Positions 1 through 9,734 of a stretch of DNA of 58,354 bases are shown here, in pieces. Position 1 is the stretch's first letter, and each line of letters opens with the position of its first letter. A model generated the notes under the pieces. That model saw nothing but the letters and a program-made list of their open reading frames with translations, did not search any database and was not told the origin of the DNA. The stretch comes from Bdellovibrionales bacterium (lineage in GTDB: Bacteria > Bdellovibrionota > Bdellovibrionia > Bdellovibrionales > UBA1609): assembly GCA_050246815.1 (NCBI GenBank), contig JBFWVI010000018.1, forward strand, positions 1 through 58,354. Direction: 5' to 3'. The translations under genes and the position numbers were made by a program.

Positions 1-1112
1 TACTTTTTCACCGCTGGCTTCACTGGCGCAGCGGCTTTTCTTTTTGCGGTCGATTTTTCTGACTTGTTTAAGTCACGCCAAGATTTGCCTTCGCGTGCTT
101 TGCGGTCGATTTGAAATTTTTGAACTGCTGAATTATGTTGTGCAAAATTTTCGGAAAAAGTGTGCGTCCCATCATTTTTGCTGACGAAAAATAAAAACTC
201 ACTAGTCGCGGGTTGCCCCACGGATGCCAAAGCCTCTAGGCCTGGATTTGAAATCGGGCCTACCGGTAATGCGGCGACCGTATAGGTGTTGTACGGTGTG
301 TGACGAGTGATGTCCTCGCGAGTGATATTTTGTTTCCACTCGCCAGTCTCACTCCAGATCCCGTAAAGAATGGTAGGATCTGATTGCAGGCGCATCCCAC
401 GCTTCAGGCGGTTATGAAAGACCGATGAAATCAGGGGACGCTCTTCTGGGGCGCCCGTTTCTTTTTCGATCACACTGGCCATGGTCACGATCTGGTGTCG
501 AGTCATGGGTTCATTGGGGCCATAACCAAGCGTCGCATATCTTTCTTTGAACCGCTCGACCATACTTTTGAGCAAGCTCTCAAGCGAGGTGTATTTGGTG
601 TACTTGTAGGTTTCGGGAAAAAGATAACCCTCAAGGCTGGGCAATTTTTCGCCAAGTAATTTTTCAACAATGCGCGGGTCGCGAGCCAGGCGGATGAGTT
701 CTTCTTTTTTGCCAAGACCCTTTTGTTCCACCGCCAAGGCGATGTCATAGATGTTGTAACCCTCTGGAAACGTGATCTGCCTTTCAATGGATTTTCCTGA
801 AGATAGAATGCTTAAAAGCTCGATGGGCCGCAAATCCGTTCGCACCGCATATTCACCCACCCGCAGGCTGTCGGCCTGGCCCGACAACTTGGCCAAAATT
901 TTAAACTTGAGCGCCGAAGTCACCAGTCCCTCTTGCTCCACGCGCGAGGCGACGCGATAAAAACCTTCACCGGGCAAAACTTCAAAAATTCTTTCTTCGC
1001 CCTGGCCGGTGGGAACAGGCCCCCCGGCCAAAAAGCGAATGGTCTGCCATAGGCCGATCAGGCCGCCGGCAAACATCGCTAACAGCAGGGCGACAACGAC
1101 GGCTTTTTTCAT
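1..1112 (-). CDS. mltG: Endolytic transglycosylase MltG; 3' end runs off the window
   Basis: Translated by hand. ATG at 1112 overlaps the astD stop. N-terminal TM segment, then LEGYLFPETY, SVIEKETG, LQSDPT, PYNTY..LPVGPISNPG and FLFFVSKNDGTHTFS motifs. Confidence 0.92.
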   Translation of the reverse strand, partial: MKKAVVVALLLAMFAGGLIGLWQTIRFLAGGPVPTGQGEERIFEVLPGEGFYRVASRVEQEGLVTSALKFKILAKLSGQADSLRVGEYAVRTDLRPIELLSILSSGKSIERQITFPEGYNIYDIALAVEQKGLGKKEELIRLARDPRIVEKLLGEKLPSLEGYLFPETYKYTKYTSLESLLKSMVERFKERYATLGYGPNEPMTRHQIVTMASVIEKETGAPEERPLISSVFHNRLKRGMRLQSDPTILYGIWSETGEWKQNITREDITRHTPYNTYTVAALPVGPISNPGLEALASVGQPATSEFLFFVSKNDGTHTFSENFAQHNSAVQKFQIDRKAREGKSWRDLNKSEKSTAKRKAAAPVKPAVKK

Positions 1113-2626
1113 GGCTTGAACTCGTAGCTTAGGCCCGGCATGGTTTTGCCCGCTTCAAACGGCAACATATCTTCAAGGCTTGCCACAGGCACGGTGCAAT
1201 ACTGAACCGCAAAGTGCGCCGACGGACGATCATTTCCCGATTTGCCCATGCCGCCAAAGGGCAGTCTGGAACTTGCACCATTGGTTGTGCGATTCCAATT
1301 CAGCAGTCCCACCTTGGCTTCCAACAAAGCCTTTTCATAAAGTGCGCGATTTTTGCTGAACAACGCCATCACCAAGCCAAAGCCTGTGGAGTTGTTGATC
1401 ATCATCGCTTCATCAAAGTCTTCAACGGTGTAAATCGCCACGTTGGGGCCAAAGATCTCGCTTTTTTGATAAACTGAATTGGTGTCGAACTTGGGCACCA
1501 AATTAATGCTGGGGGTGACGTAGTGGCCGGCCGGATTCATCTCTAAAGCCTTGCCGCGCATCAGACTTTCGGCGCCCTCGCGTTTGGCGATCTCTTGAAA
1601 GCGAATGAATTTGTCGACAGCCGAGGAGTCGATCAAGGGGCCCATAAAAACATTATCGCGCCAATGGCCGATGGTCAGCTTTTTGGCGTTGGCGTAAAAA
1701 TTGTCGACAAATTTGTCGCGCACGCGCTTGTGCACCAAGATTCGGCTGGTGCACGAACAGCGCTGGCCCGCGCTTAAAAAACTGCCGATCACTGTTTCAT
1801 AAACCGCTTTTTCAAGATCGGCGTCGTCCCACACCACTGTGGCGTTTTTGCCGCCCATCTCAAGCGCCAAAATCTTCCAATGATGGTGAAGCGTCTCTTG
1901 TTTGATCTTTAAACCCACCTCATAAGACCCCGTGAACAAGATCCCATCCACATATTCGCTGGCGGACAAACGTTTGCCGGCCTCACCCTGACCTTGAATC
2001 AAGTTGAACACGCCGGGGGGTAGCTCGGCTTTTTGATACATTTCGGCCATGAACTGACCCGTGGCCGGCGTTTTGTCGGACGGCTTGAAAACCACCGTGT
2101 TGCCACACGCCAAGGCCGGAATAATGTGGCCGTTGGGCAAGTGGCCTGGAAAATTAAACGGACCAATAACCGCCATCACGCCTCGCGGTTTGTAGCGCAC
2201 GTACCCATCCACCCCAGGCAACGCGGCGGTGACTTTTTCTTCAGCCACCAACTTCATCGAAAAATTCAAAGTGATGTCGATCTTGTTGATCATCGTGGCC
2301 ACTTCGTTTTTGCCTTCCCAAAGTGGCTTTCCTGTTTCGCGGCTGATGATTTCGGCCCAAGAGCCGGCATGGGCCTGAAAAACCTCCTTAAGGCGCAGCA
2401 AATAATTGGCGCGTTCGCCCTGACTTAAGGCCGCCCATTTAGGATAGGCCGCTTTCGCCGCCAAACAGGCGCGTTCGATGTGGCTGTTTTGGCCTTGGGC
2501 TTCAAACACCAGATCTTTAACGTCGCAGGGGCTTTTGATGCTCCACTGGCAATCGCTTCGGTCCGGCTGCAAAAAGCGACCGTCGATAAAATCGCCCAAA
2601 AAAGAAATTGGTTTTAAGTCGCTCAT
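1109..2626 (-). CDS. astD: Succinylglutamate-semialdehyde dehydrogenase (ALDH family)
   Basis: GPFNFPGHLPNGH, FTGS, LEMGGKN, SAGQRCSC and EIFGP motifs; adjacent to astA. Confidence 0.9.
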   Translation of the reverse strand: MSDLKPISFLGDFIDGRFLQPDRSDCQWSIKSPCDVKDLVFEAQGQNSHIERACLAAKAAYPKWAALSQGERANYLLRLKEVFQAHAGSWAEIISRETGKPLWEGKNEVATMINKIDITLNFSMKLVAEEKVTAALPGVDGYVRYKPRGVMAVIGPFNFPGHLPNGHIIPALACGNTVVFKPSDKTPATGQFMAEMYQKAELPPGVFNLIQGQGEAGKRLSASEYVDGILFTGSYEVGLKIKQETLHHHWKILALEMGGKNATVVWDDADLEKAVYETVIGSFLSAGQRCSCTSRILVHKRVRDKFVDNFYANAKKLTIGHWRDNVFMGPLIDSSAVDKFIRFQEIAKREGAESLMRGKALEMNPAGHYVTPSINLVPKFDTNSVYQKSEIFGPNVAIYTVEDFDEAMMINNSTGFGLVMALFSKNRALYEKALLEAKVGLLNWNRTTNGASSRLPFGGMGKSGNDRPSAHFAVQYCTVPVASLEDMLPFEAGKTMPGLSYEFKP

Positions 2627-2639
2627 CGTTTTCCTCCCT

Positions 2640-3659
2640 TTAAAGAGGGGTCACAAACACTTTTTCGCCCACACTCAACTTCAAGGCGGCCATGGTTTTT
2701 TCGGGAAAAGAAACCTCTTCCCCCGCCAACTGCGCCGCCGTGGCAGAGCCCGCAAATTTGCCTTCGCGAAATGTCGCCACCAACATCTGCTGATCAAATG
2801 GGCCACCGCCCACTTTGCGAACCTTCATCCATTTGGCCTGTCGGATCAGAGAGACCTCTTCGACCCGCGCGCCCAAATGTGGCCCCCCATCAAAAGGATC
2901 CACTTCGTCTTTGTATTTAAAACCGATTTTATTCAGCATGTGAAGCGCCGCTTGAGTTTCTTCGGCCACGCGCCCCAAGACCAAGCGCGCCTTCGAATCC
3001 AATAGACACAAATAAATATCTTCCTCGGGGAACAGACTTTTAATGAACTGATTGTTTTGCTGACTGATCACGTCCGCCTCTTGATAGGGCATACCGGTGA
3101 AGCGGCGGCCCAGGGCCTCCCAAAATTCACTGCGGCCCTCTTCGGTCAGCGGCGGAGCCATCTCGGCATGCAATTCTTTTTCAAAACGATCCGGCTGCAT
3201 GCCAATAAATAAAAATCGCAACAAACTCACCATGCGGCCGATTTTTTCGGGCCGCCGACGGTAACTGCGGTCCACCACCAGTCCGCCGACCTCGGTGGGG
3301 CCATCGTAATTTGCCTGCAAACGCAAAATTTGGTGAATAAAACCTATGCCCAGTTCGCGGCTAAAGCGTTCTTTCTTGATTACTTTGAAGCTGAAATTCG
3401 GCGAGGTCGACGTGCCATTTTTGGCCACAACCAGGCCGGACCCCGCCACATAATCTCCATCCAGATCGACGGCAACAAACATGTACTCGGCGTCATTTTT
3501 GCCCAGCTCTCCTGCAAAAGAAGCAAGGCTTCGATCAATTTTTTTAGCGATCACTTTTTTGTCGGCGGGAAGATTCAGCAAAGTAAACTGCCGGGCCAAG
3601 TCATGCAGCTGCCCAAGATCTTCGCGTTCGACCGCGCGAACCAAAAAATTCATAAACAA
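2640..3659 (-). CDS. astA: Arginine N-succinyltransferase
   Basis: AstA-like SEFWEALGRRFTGM.YQEAD, FIKSLFP and DPFDGGP motifs. Confidence 0.9.
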   Translation of the reverse strand: MFMNFLVRAVEREDLGQLHDLARQFTLLNLPADKKVIAKKIDRSLASFAGELGKNDAEYMFVAVDLDGDYVAGSGLVVAKNGTSTSPNFSFKVIKKERFSRELGIGFIHQILRLQANYDGPTEVGGLVVDRSYRRRPEKIGRMVSLLRFLFIGMQPDRFEKELHAEMAPPLTEEGRSEFWEALGRRFTGMPYQEADVISQQNNQFIKSLFPEEDIYLCLLDSKARLVLGRVAEETQAALHMLNKIGFKYKDEVDPFDGGPHLGARVEEVSLIRQAKWMKVRKVGGGPFDQQMLVATFREGKFAGSATAAQLAGEEVSFPEKTMAALKLSVGEKVFVTPL

Positions 3660-4996
3660 AGCTCCTTGACCGCATGCTTGTAGAATTCAATTGCACCATG
3701 TAACTCTTCGATTTTGACATGTTCATTTGGCGCATGGGAATTTCCGACACCTTGCCCCGGGCCTACCACCACACAATCCAGACCAAAGCGGCTAAACACA
3801 TTGGCTTCGGTGCTGGTGGCCACCTGGACCAGACTCGGCTCTTTGCCCAGTTGACGAATGGCCCGGCTGGTGGAGGCCAAAATCGCGGCGCTTGGATCGG
3901 TGCGAAATGCCGCCTTATAATCACGCACCGAAAAAGTCGCGCCAACCTGCGCGCATTCTCGCTTAATGGTCTCGATCCAACCTTCATAAATATTGTCCGT
4001 CACGGTCGGGGGCAAGCGACAGCTGCCGGTCAGGCGCACATGATCCGGAAAGGTACGAATGGTGCCCACATTCACGGTCGGTCTGCCGCCCCCTGTGTCC
4101 GCCGGAAAGGCGCGCAGAGTTTCTTCCATCTGCCTTAGGGCCTTGGTGATTTGCGCGATCTTAGGCACGATCGGCTCGCGAAAGCTTCCCACCACATCGA
4201 TTTCAAGCACCGCCGACTCGGGCACACGATTGTAACTATTGCCACCATCCAGATCCATAATGGCAATCCCGGCTGGCAGCTGCACCAAATAATCGAGCAT
4301 TTTCACGATGGCGTTTTCACCCAAGGCGGGCTCACTTGAATGGGCGGCTTTGCCAACGAAGATCTTACTTTGTGTGGAGCCGCTTTCCATTTGATCATGT
4401 TGTTCGCGGTAGCGGATCTCTTCACCCGAAAAGGGCACAGCGACTTCCACGACGGCCAATCCTTGGCCGGCGTACCCAAGCGCCAATTGGGTTGGCTCGC
4501 CAACCAAGGCGGTGGTGGCGTTTAGACGTTTACGTCGCATCAGCTTAATGGCCCCCACCATTCCCAGTTGGGCGCCATAAGTGGCCACCAGCACCGGCGG
4601 TTTTCGCCACGGCTGTGGGCCCAATTGTTTCAAAGCTTCAAGCTTGCATAAAAAATCCAGTTTTGTGTCGGCCACACCCAAGCCATACAAGGTGTCGTTG
4701 TAAATGCTGGCGTTGAACGGATTGGATTGCGTCTTGGTCCACGCTCCCGCATGTCCCGGATCGACCGTGTCCAAATGAGTTTGCAGCAGAACTTCTTCGC
4801 CTTGTCCGGCCGCAACAGGTCGGGCCAGAAGATTCACTTGTTCAATGCCATTCAGCGACTCAAGGTCGACTTCCACATTCAGGCCGATTTCGCGACACAG
4901 CTGGGCCGCGAATTCACCGATCTCCCGCGTCCCCCGGCTGGGCGTCGAATCCAGGCCCACCAGATGACGGCAGGTCTCGATAAAACTCAAACGCAC
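3650..4996 (-). CDS. M20 (ArgE/DapE) family metallopeptidase/deacylase
   Basis: HLDTV, GLGVADTK, GEPT, GKAAHSS and HAPNE motifs. The usual EE motif reads AQ. Confidence 0.8.
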   Translation of the reverse strand: MRLSFIETCRHLVGLDSTPSRGTREIGEFAAQLCREIGLNVEVDLESLNGIEQVNLLARPVAAGQGEEVLLQTHLDTVDPGHAGAWTKTQSNPFNASIYNDTLYGLGVADTKLDFLCKLEALKQLGPQPWRKPPVLVATYGAQLGMVGAIKLMRRKRLNATTALVGEPTQLALGYAGQGLAVVEVAVPFSGEEIRYREQHDQMESGSTQSKIFVGKAAHSSEPALGENAIVKMLDYLVQLPAGIAIMDLDGGNSYNRVPESAVLEIDVVGSFREPIVPKIAQITKALRQMEETLRAFPADTGGGRPTVNVGTIRTFPDHVRLTGSCRLPPTVTDNIYEGWIETIKRECAQVGATFSVRDYKAAFRTDPSAAILASTSRAIRQLGKEPSLVQVATSTEANVFSRFGLDCVVVGPGQGVGNSHAPNEHVKIEELHGAIEFYKHAVKELCL

Positions 4997-6357
4997 TCCA
5001 AGATTGATTTTTCAATCAGCTGACCGGCCAGCTCGATGTCTGCACTTTGCAGAATCGCCGGCAGTAAAAAACGGACGCGCCACGGGTTTCGGCCGCAACC
5101 AAAGCTCATCAAACCATTGTTGAACATCGCTTTCAGCAGTTGACCTTGTTTGGCCTGACTGCCGTCTAAGGGAGTCACCGCCACCAGCAGCCCAACACCA
5201 CCCGCCTCTTGCAGCAAGCCCTTGCAGCTGGTTTCGTTCAAGCGATTGAGCATCGCCACAAATTCTTTGTGGATCTTTTCGACTTTTCCGCCCGGGCCCA
5301 TGTAGCCCCCGCTATCAAGCTCTTCCAAAACGGCAAGACCGGCGCTTAAGGCTGAGCTTGGGCCAGCAAATGTGCCGGCGATCAGGCCCGCTTGCGGGTT
5401 GTACTCTTCGGTGTAAAGGGTTGCGCCATTTTGCACGGTTTTGGCAACGGTGCAGACATCGACGTAGTCGCCAAAGCCATAGGTTTCAAAGGCAAAAAAG
5501 TTGCCGGTGCGCGAAAACGTTTGAATCTCATCCGCCCAAATCGGAATTTTTTGTTCGCGGCAAAACTGCATCAGCGGCAAAAAGAATTCGCGCGTGCCGG
5601 TGCGATAACCACCTTCTCCCAGCATCGGCTCAAACACGAAACAACAGATGTTGCCCGCATGTTTAGCCACATGTTCTTTCATCGCACGCAAAGTTTTATC
5701 AGGATCGTTTTTGTCATAAAATGGCAACCGCAAGACCTCGTGATATTCGGGCAATCCCTGTTTAAAGGCTGGGTTGTCGGTCACTTCGGCCATCATGGTC
5801 GAACGACCCGCAAATGCATTTTCAAAAGTCATGATCATTCGTGCCGGTGTTTTCTTTTGGCGACAAATTTTAAGTGCATTTTCGTTGGCCATGGTTCCGC
5901 AAGAGGTCAGCCATGCGTGGCGTAGGCGACTCTTTTTACTGGCCAAGTCGACCAGCTTGCCCGCAAGTTTGGTGTAGTCTTGGTTGGCTTGCAAATGTCC
6001 TTGCATCACGATGTCGGACAAGGCGCCCTTTAATCCGGCCTTGATGACCTTGGGATGAGAGTGCCCCAAGATGTGCACACCGATGCCGTTCACCAAATCC
6101 AGCTTCACGCTGCCATCTTCCAGTTCCACGTACGGCCCACGGCCGATGCCCGACCCCAAGTAGTTGTAATAAAGCGGTCGACCGCGCAACTGGTTGGTCC
6201 GCTCAAGAAGTTTATTGAAATTGGCCTGGTGTTCGGGCTGCGGCCCGCGCACGGTTTTGATGTTTTCACTCAGGCGCTGCGCCTCGGCCACCAAAGTTTC
6301 CACCGTCTCGTTAATTTTACCCGAAGCCATCAACTGCTGACCTAAAAGCCCACTCAT
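4987..6357 (-). CDS. astC: Class III aminotransferase (succinyl/acetylornithine transaminase)
   Basis: LGHSHP, GTMANE.A.K, FAGRS, EPMLGEGG, DEIQT.SRTG and TVAK motifs; ast operon context. Confidence 0.75.
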   Translation of the reverse strand: MSGLLGQQLMASGKINETVETLVAEAQRLSENIKTVRGPQPEHQANFNKLLERTNQLRGRPLYYNYLGSGIGRGPYVELEDGSVKLDLVNGIGVHILGHSHPKVIKAGLKGALSDIVMQGHLQANQDYTKLAGKLVDLASKKSRLRHAWLTSCGTMANENALKICRQKKTPARMIMTFENAFAGRSTMMAEVTDNPAFKQGLPEYHEVLRLPFYDKNDPDKTLRAMKEHVAKHAGNICCFVFEPMLGEGGYRTGTREFFLPLMQFCREQKIPIWADEIQTFSRTGNFFAFETYGFGDYVDVCTVAKTVQNGATLYTEEYNPQAGLIAGTFAGPSSALSAGLAVLEELDSGGYMGPGGKVEKIHKEFVAMLNRLNETSCKGLLQEAGGVGLLVAVTPLDGSQAKQGQLLKAMFNNGLMSFGCGRNPWRVRFLLPAILQSADIELAGQLIEKSILECV

Positions 6358-6460
6358 AAGATTTCCTTTCTGAACTGGAGGATGTTACCGCTGCTGGCCA
6401 TGGCGGACAAGCCGTGTTGCTGCTGGACAGACCCATGCCCGCTCTCTAAACTTAAGCCCT

Positions 6461-7264
6461 ATGTCTATTTTTCGTTTACTCCTACTGACGGTCGGAATCT
6501 GGTCGACGGTGGCCCTGGGGCAAGAACCTGCGCCCCGCTCACCCACTCCTGAAGAGCTTTTCAGCGAAGGCACCAAGCTCTATCAAGAGGGCAAGTTCAC
6601 CGACTCCGCCAAGAAATTCGAGGCCTTGGCCCGCCAACAACCCGACAAACCTGAGCTTTTGCTGAACTGGGGCTTGGCTGAGTATCAAAGCGGTCGCCGC
6701 GGCATGGGCGTAGCCCTATGGCGCAGGGCATTAGCGATCAGCCCCTCCCATATGGAGGCCCGCCGCGCTTTGGACTTCGCCACCCGCGCCATGCAACTGC
6801 GTGAAGTCGAAGACTCTTTGTGGCTTGAGCGCGTGCGCCATGACGTCTTGGCTCATGTGGCCTTGGATCAAATGCTGACCGTGACCTTGCTGCTACTTGC
6901 CACGGGCGGCTGGCTGCTGCTGGGCTATGCCGGCCGCCGTCGCAAGGCCATGCGCCAAGATTTACCGCTGCCCCCTTTTTCGTGGGCCGGAACTTTGCTT
7001 GGAGTGGGTTTTGTTTTTGCGTTGGGCTTAACCGTTTTGAAGGCTGTTGAGTGGTCGATCCCGCGCGCCACCGCTGTGACCATAACTTCGGTCCGCACTG
7101 GACCCGACAATGCCAGCAGCTCACTCTTTGAGCTGCGCGAGGGAAGCGACGTGATCTTGCGCCAGGCAAAAAAGGGCTGGACACAAATCCGCTACCCCGG
7201 TGGAATGTCTGGATGGGTGCCCAACGAGACCCTCTTCCAAACCTCAGGCATGCCGCTATGGTGA
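6461..7264 (+). CDS. TPR + TM + SH3 protein (BatE-like)
   Basis: Signal peptide, TPR repeats, two TM helices, C-terminal SH3b-like segment ending GWVP. Confidence 0.75.
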   Translation: MSIFRLLLLTVGIWSTVALGQEPAPRSPTPEELFSEGTKLYQEGKFTDSAKKFEALARQQPDKPELLLNWGLAEYQSGRRGMGVALWRRALAISPSHMEARRALDFATRAMQLREVEDSLWLERVRHDVLAHVALDQMLTVTLLLLATGGWLLLGYAGRRRKAMRQDLPLPPFSWAGTLLGVGFVFALGLTVLKAVEWSIPRATAVTITSVRTGPDNASSSLFELREGSDVILRQAKKGWTQIRYPGGMSGWVPNETLFQTSGMPLW

Positions 7265-7271
7265 TGTTCGC

Positions 7272-7814
7272 ATGGTAAATTTCATCTGGGACAACATCTT
7301 CAAGCGCTCCGAACGCGACAAAGACCTGCTGCATATTTTGGGTGAAAACTATTTGTTTGAAACCCTGACCAAAAGTGAATTGAAATTCGTCAAAGAGATG
7401 GTTCACGTGCGCAATTATCGGCCCGGCGAAGTGATCTTTCGCCAAGGCGAAATCGGTGTTGGCATGTATCTGATTGCCAGTGGATCGATCGACATTTTGG
7501 TCGAAGACATCCCCGCCGACAAACCCGAAAAGCAGACGGTGTTTGTCACCCGCTTAGGGGCCGGCGACTTTTTTGGCGAACTTTCTTTGGTCGAAGAAAA
7601 CGGTCGGCGCACCGCCACCTCAGTCGCCAGTGTGGAAACCACTTTGATCGGTTTTTTTAAGCCGGATCTGCTGGAAATTGTAGAGCGCAACCCCTCGACG
7701 GGAGTGAAAATCGTCACCCGTTTGGCCGAAGTCTTGGGCAAGCGTCTAAAGGAAACCACCGTCAAGGTCACCGAACTCAAGCGCGAAATGCGCCGCAACC
7801 CGGAAAAAGTGTAA
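7272..7814 (+). CDS. Cyclic nucleotide-binding domain protein
   Basis: IFRQGE.G, GDFFGELSL and RTAT motifs; start moved to ATG 7272. Confidence 0.85.
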   Translation: MVNFIWDNIFKRSERDKDLLHILGENYLFETLTKSELKFVKEMVHVRNYRPGEVIFRQGEIGVGMYLIASGSIDILVEDIPADKPEKQTVFVTRLGAGDFFGELSLVEENGRRTATSVASVETTLIGFFKPDLLEIVERNPSTGVKIVTRLAEVLGKRLKETTVKVTELKREMRRNPEKV

Positions 7815-7815
7815 C

Positions 7816-8877
7816 GTGATCCGGTCCACTTCGCGCGAACAGCTGCTGCGCCGGCAAAGCCTGATCCGCTTGGCCGCGTTTTTAAGCGTGATCGCGATCA
7901 CCTTTTTGATTGTCTTGAAAGTCGACAACATGCTGGTGTCGTGTTTGCTGGCCTTCGTGTTCAGCTATATGATCGGGCCTTTAGTGAACTACTTGGAGCG
8001 CAAAAATATCGACCGCGTGCTGGCCACAACCGTGTTGTTTGTCGTCATTGGCATCGCCCTTGGAATGACGGCCTACTTCACTTTTCCATTTCTGTCTGAG
8101 CGCATTGTCTCGATGCAAGCCGCCGCGCCCAAATACATCGAGGGCATCACCCGATTGATCGAAGGCTCCGAGGCTAAACTCAGCTTTTTGCAAAATGTCG
8201 GGATTGAAATTGATTTGGGCCAACGGCTGCAAGAGCGCCTGCTGCCCGCCACAGAAAAATTTTTCGCGGCCCTGCCCGATATTGTTTCAAAACTTTTGAC
8301 GGTCATGTTGCTTGCGCCTTTTTTTGCTTTTTTCATGATCAAAGACGGGCGGCATTTTTCGCGCACTTTGCTGGCGCTGGTGCCCAACAATTTGTTTGAG
8401 CTGACCTACAACATTTACCATCAAATCAACGACCAGATGGGGCAATTCGTGCGGGCTCGCCTGCTTGAGGCCGCCATTGTCGGTTTTGTGACCTGGGTCG
8501 GCCTGGCAATGATTCAATTTCCGTTTGCCGAGGTTTTGGCGATTTTTGCCGCAGTCACCAACCTGATCCCCTATATCGGTCCGGTGATCGGCACCGTGCC
8601 GGCTGTGGTTTTGGCGATGGTCAACGGCGCGTCGGCGTTGGACATGTCTTTGTTGTTGCTGGTTTATTTTGTTGCTCAGTTGATCGATGCGGCGTTTATC
8701 ATCCCGGTGGTGGTCGCGAAGATCGTCGACTTGCATCCGGTCACCGTGATCGTGGTGATTATCATCGGCGCCCAACTGATGGGCGTGGTGGGCATGTTGA
8801 TTTCAATCCCCTTCGCCAGCGCGCTCAAAGTGACGATCGGCACCATCTTTCGCTACCTGACGGATTACCGAGTTTAA
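7816..8877 (+). CDS. AI-2E family transporter
   Basis: Multi-TM protein with NLIPYIGP and LHPVTVI..IIIG...GV.GM motifs. Confidence 0.88.
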   Translation: MIRSTSREQLLRRQSLIRLAAFLSVIAITFLIVLKVDNMLVSCLLAFVFSYMIGPLVNYLERKNIDRVLATTVLFVVIGIALGMTAYFTFPFLSERIVSMQAAAPKYIEGITRLIEGSEAKLSFLQNVGIEIDLGQRLQERLLPATEKFFAALPDIVSKLLTVMLLAPFFAFFMIKDGRHFSRTLLALVPNNLFELTYNIYHQINDQMGQFVRARLLEAAIVGFVTWVGLAMIQFPFAEVLAIFAAVTNLIPYIGPVIGTVPAVVLAMVNGASALDMSLLLLVYFVAQLIDAAFIIPVVVAKIVDLHPVTVIVVIIIGAQLMGVVGMLISIPFASALKVTIGTIFRYLTDYRV

Positions 8878-8928
8878 ATCGGACACGCCCTCTTGAGAAA
8901 CGAACTCCAAAAGACTCAAGCGAAACGC
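8877..8928 (+). repeat. 52-bp direct repeat, copy 1 (left island boundary)
   Basis: 48/52 identical to 9540-9591; contains the inverted pair CTTGAG...CTCAAG. Confidence 0.9.
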
Positions 8929-9014
8929 GACAAGGAAACAAGGTCCGAATCATTGGATGCGCCGAGTGGCGAAAATTTAGGCGTTTTTAATATGAAACAG
9001 CCAAGATTAAATGA
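8928..9014 (+). pseudogene. 3' remnant of a BrnT-like toxin gene
   Basis: Reads RQGNKVRIIGCAEWRKFRRF*YETAKIK*, resembling BrnT C-termini (RIIG..W R). 5'-truncated at the repeat, internal TAA at 8988, overlaps the antitoxin start. Confidence 0.55.
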
Positions 9015-9275
9015 TGTGAAAGTCGATACCGAAGGGACCAAGGCCATGCGTAAAATGATGGCCAAGGCTAAGAAAATCAAAATCACTATCAATGTCGATG
9101 AAGACCTGCTTATTGAATTGCGCCATATGGCCCAGGAAACGGACACGCCATATCAGTCTTTGCTAAATCGCGTCCTTAAAGACGCGGTTATGAGCAAAAA
9201 GGATGAGGGGGGGGGTCTAGGCTTGATCGACTTGAACGTGAAATTGAGCGATTAAAGAAGAAAATCTCGGCGTAA
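8992..9275 (+). pseudogene. BrnA/CopG-like antitoxin with a frameshift in a G9 tract
   Basis: KITINVDEDLL...PYQSLLNRVL motif. The G9 run at 9207-9215 shifts the frame away from a natural-looking tail SRLDRLEREIERLKKKISA* ending at 9275. Confidence 0.7.
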
Positions 9276-9288
9276 TTATTTTTTTCAC

Positions 9289-9389
9289 TCCGGACCCAGC
9301 AACTTCTTTCGATTGTCGATTTCTTTTTCTTCTAACTGCCAAGCCGTATTTAAAACGTCGGCGTCGCCTTGTGGATGCCGCTCATCATA
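9289..9389 (-). pseudogene. Fragment of the OLD-like ATPase gene found intact at 20464-22416
   Basis: 9317-9389 is 71/73 identical to 22137-22209; 9289-9316 is more diverged but in frame. Confidence 0.92.
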
Positions 9390-9435
9390 GGCAAAATCAT
9401 CGTGCCGCTGATCGCACTACTTGGGACAAATTGTT

Positions 9436-9456
9436 TGGCACGAAGTGAACACAATG
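9436..9456 (+). repeat. Degenerate tandem GGCACGA site (relic element end)
   Basis: TGGCACGAAGtgaaCACaATG compared with TGGCACGAAGCTGGCACGATG at 22550. An inverted copy, ATCGTGCC, lies at 9399-9406. Confidence 0.6.
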
Positions 9457-9539
9457 ATACTTCAAGCAAATAGTGGATCGTGAAATAGAGGAATGAAGTC
9501 GAGCCTTCATGTCCGACAGGCGCCGGGGATACATGTCTG

Positions 9540-9591
9540 AATCGTGCACGGCCTCTTGAGAAACGAACTCCAGAAGACTCAAGCGAAACGC
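9540..9591 (+). repeat. 52-bp direct repeat, copy 2
   Basis: 48/52 identical to 8877-8928. Confidence 0.9.
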
Positions 9592-9734
9592 CACGCCGAC
9601 CAATTCGCTCATGGTCATCATAACCACAAACAAATGTAAACTGGCCCTGCGAATGTCAGAGCCATTAAGTAGTTTGTGCTTTAGCTTCCTAATTTTAGTT
9701 TTACTAAGGTAAAACCAGGTAAACTCTAATTTTT

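Noticed and set aside
8877..8930. tRNA or tmRNA integration target at the island boundary
   Set aside because: I saw no cloverleaf, T-loop or CCA signature here or elsewhere in the window; a covariance-model scan was not possible.
8877..9591. 52-bp repeats as a CRISPR array or hammerhead ribozyme
   Set aside because: Only two copies 663 bp apart, no cas genes, and no CUGANGA core with a proper stem II.
9397..9633. 78-aa minus-strand ORF as another Rhs tip
   Set aside because: No Rhs core motif in any frame I read; it overlaps relic repeats.
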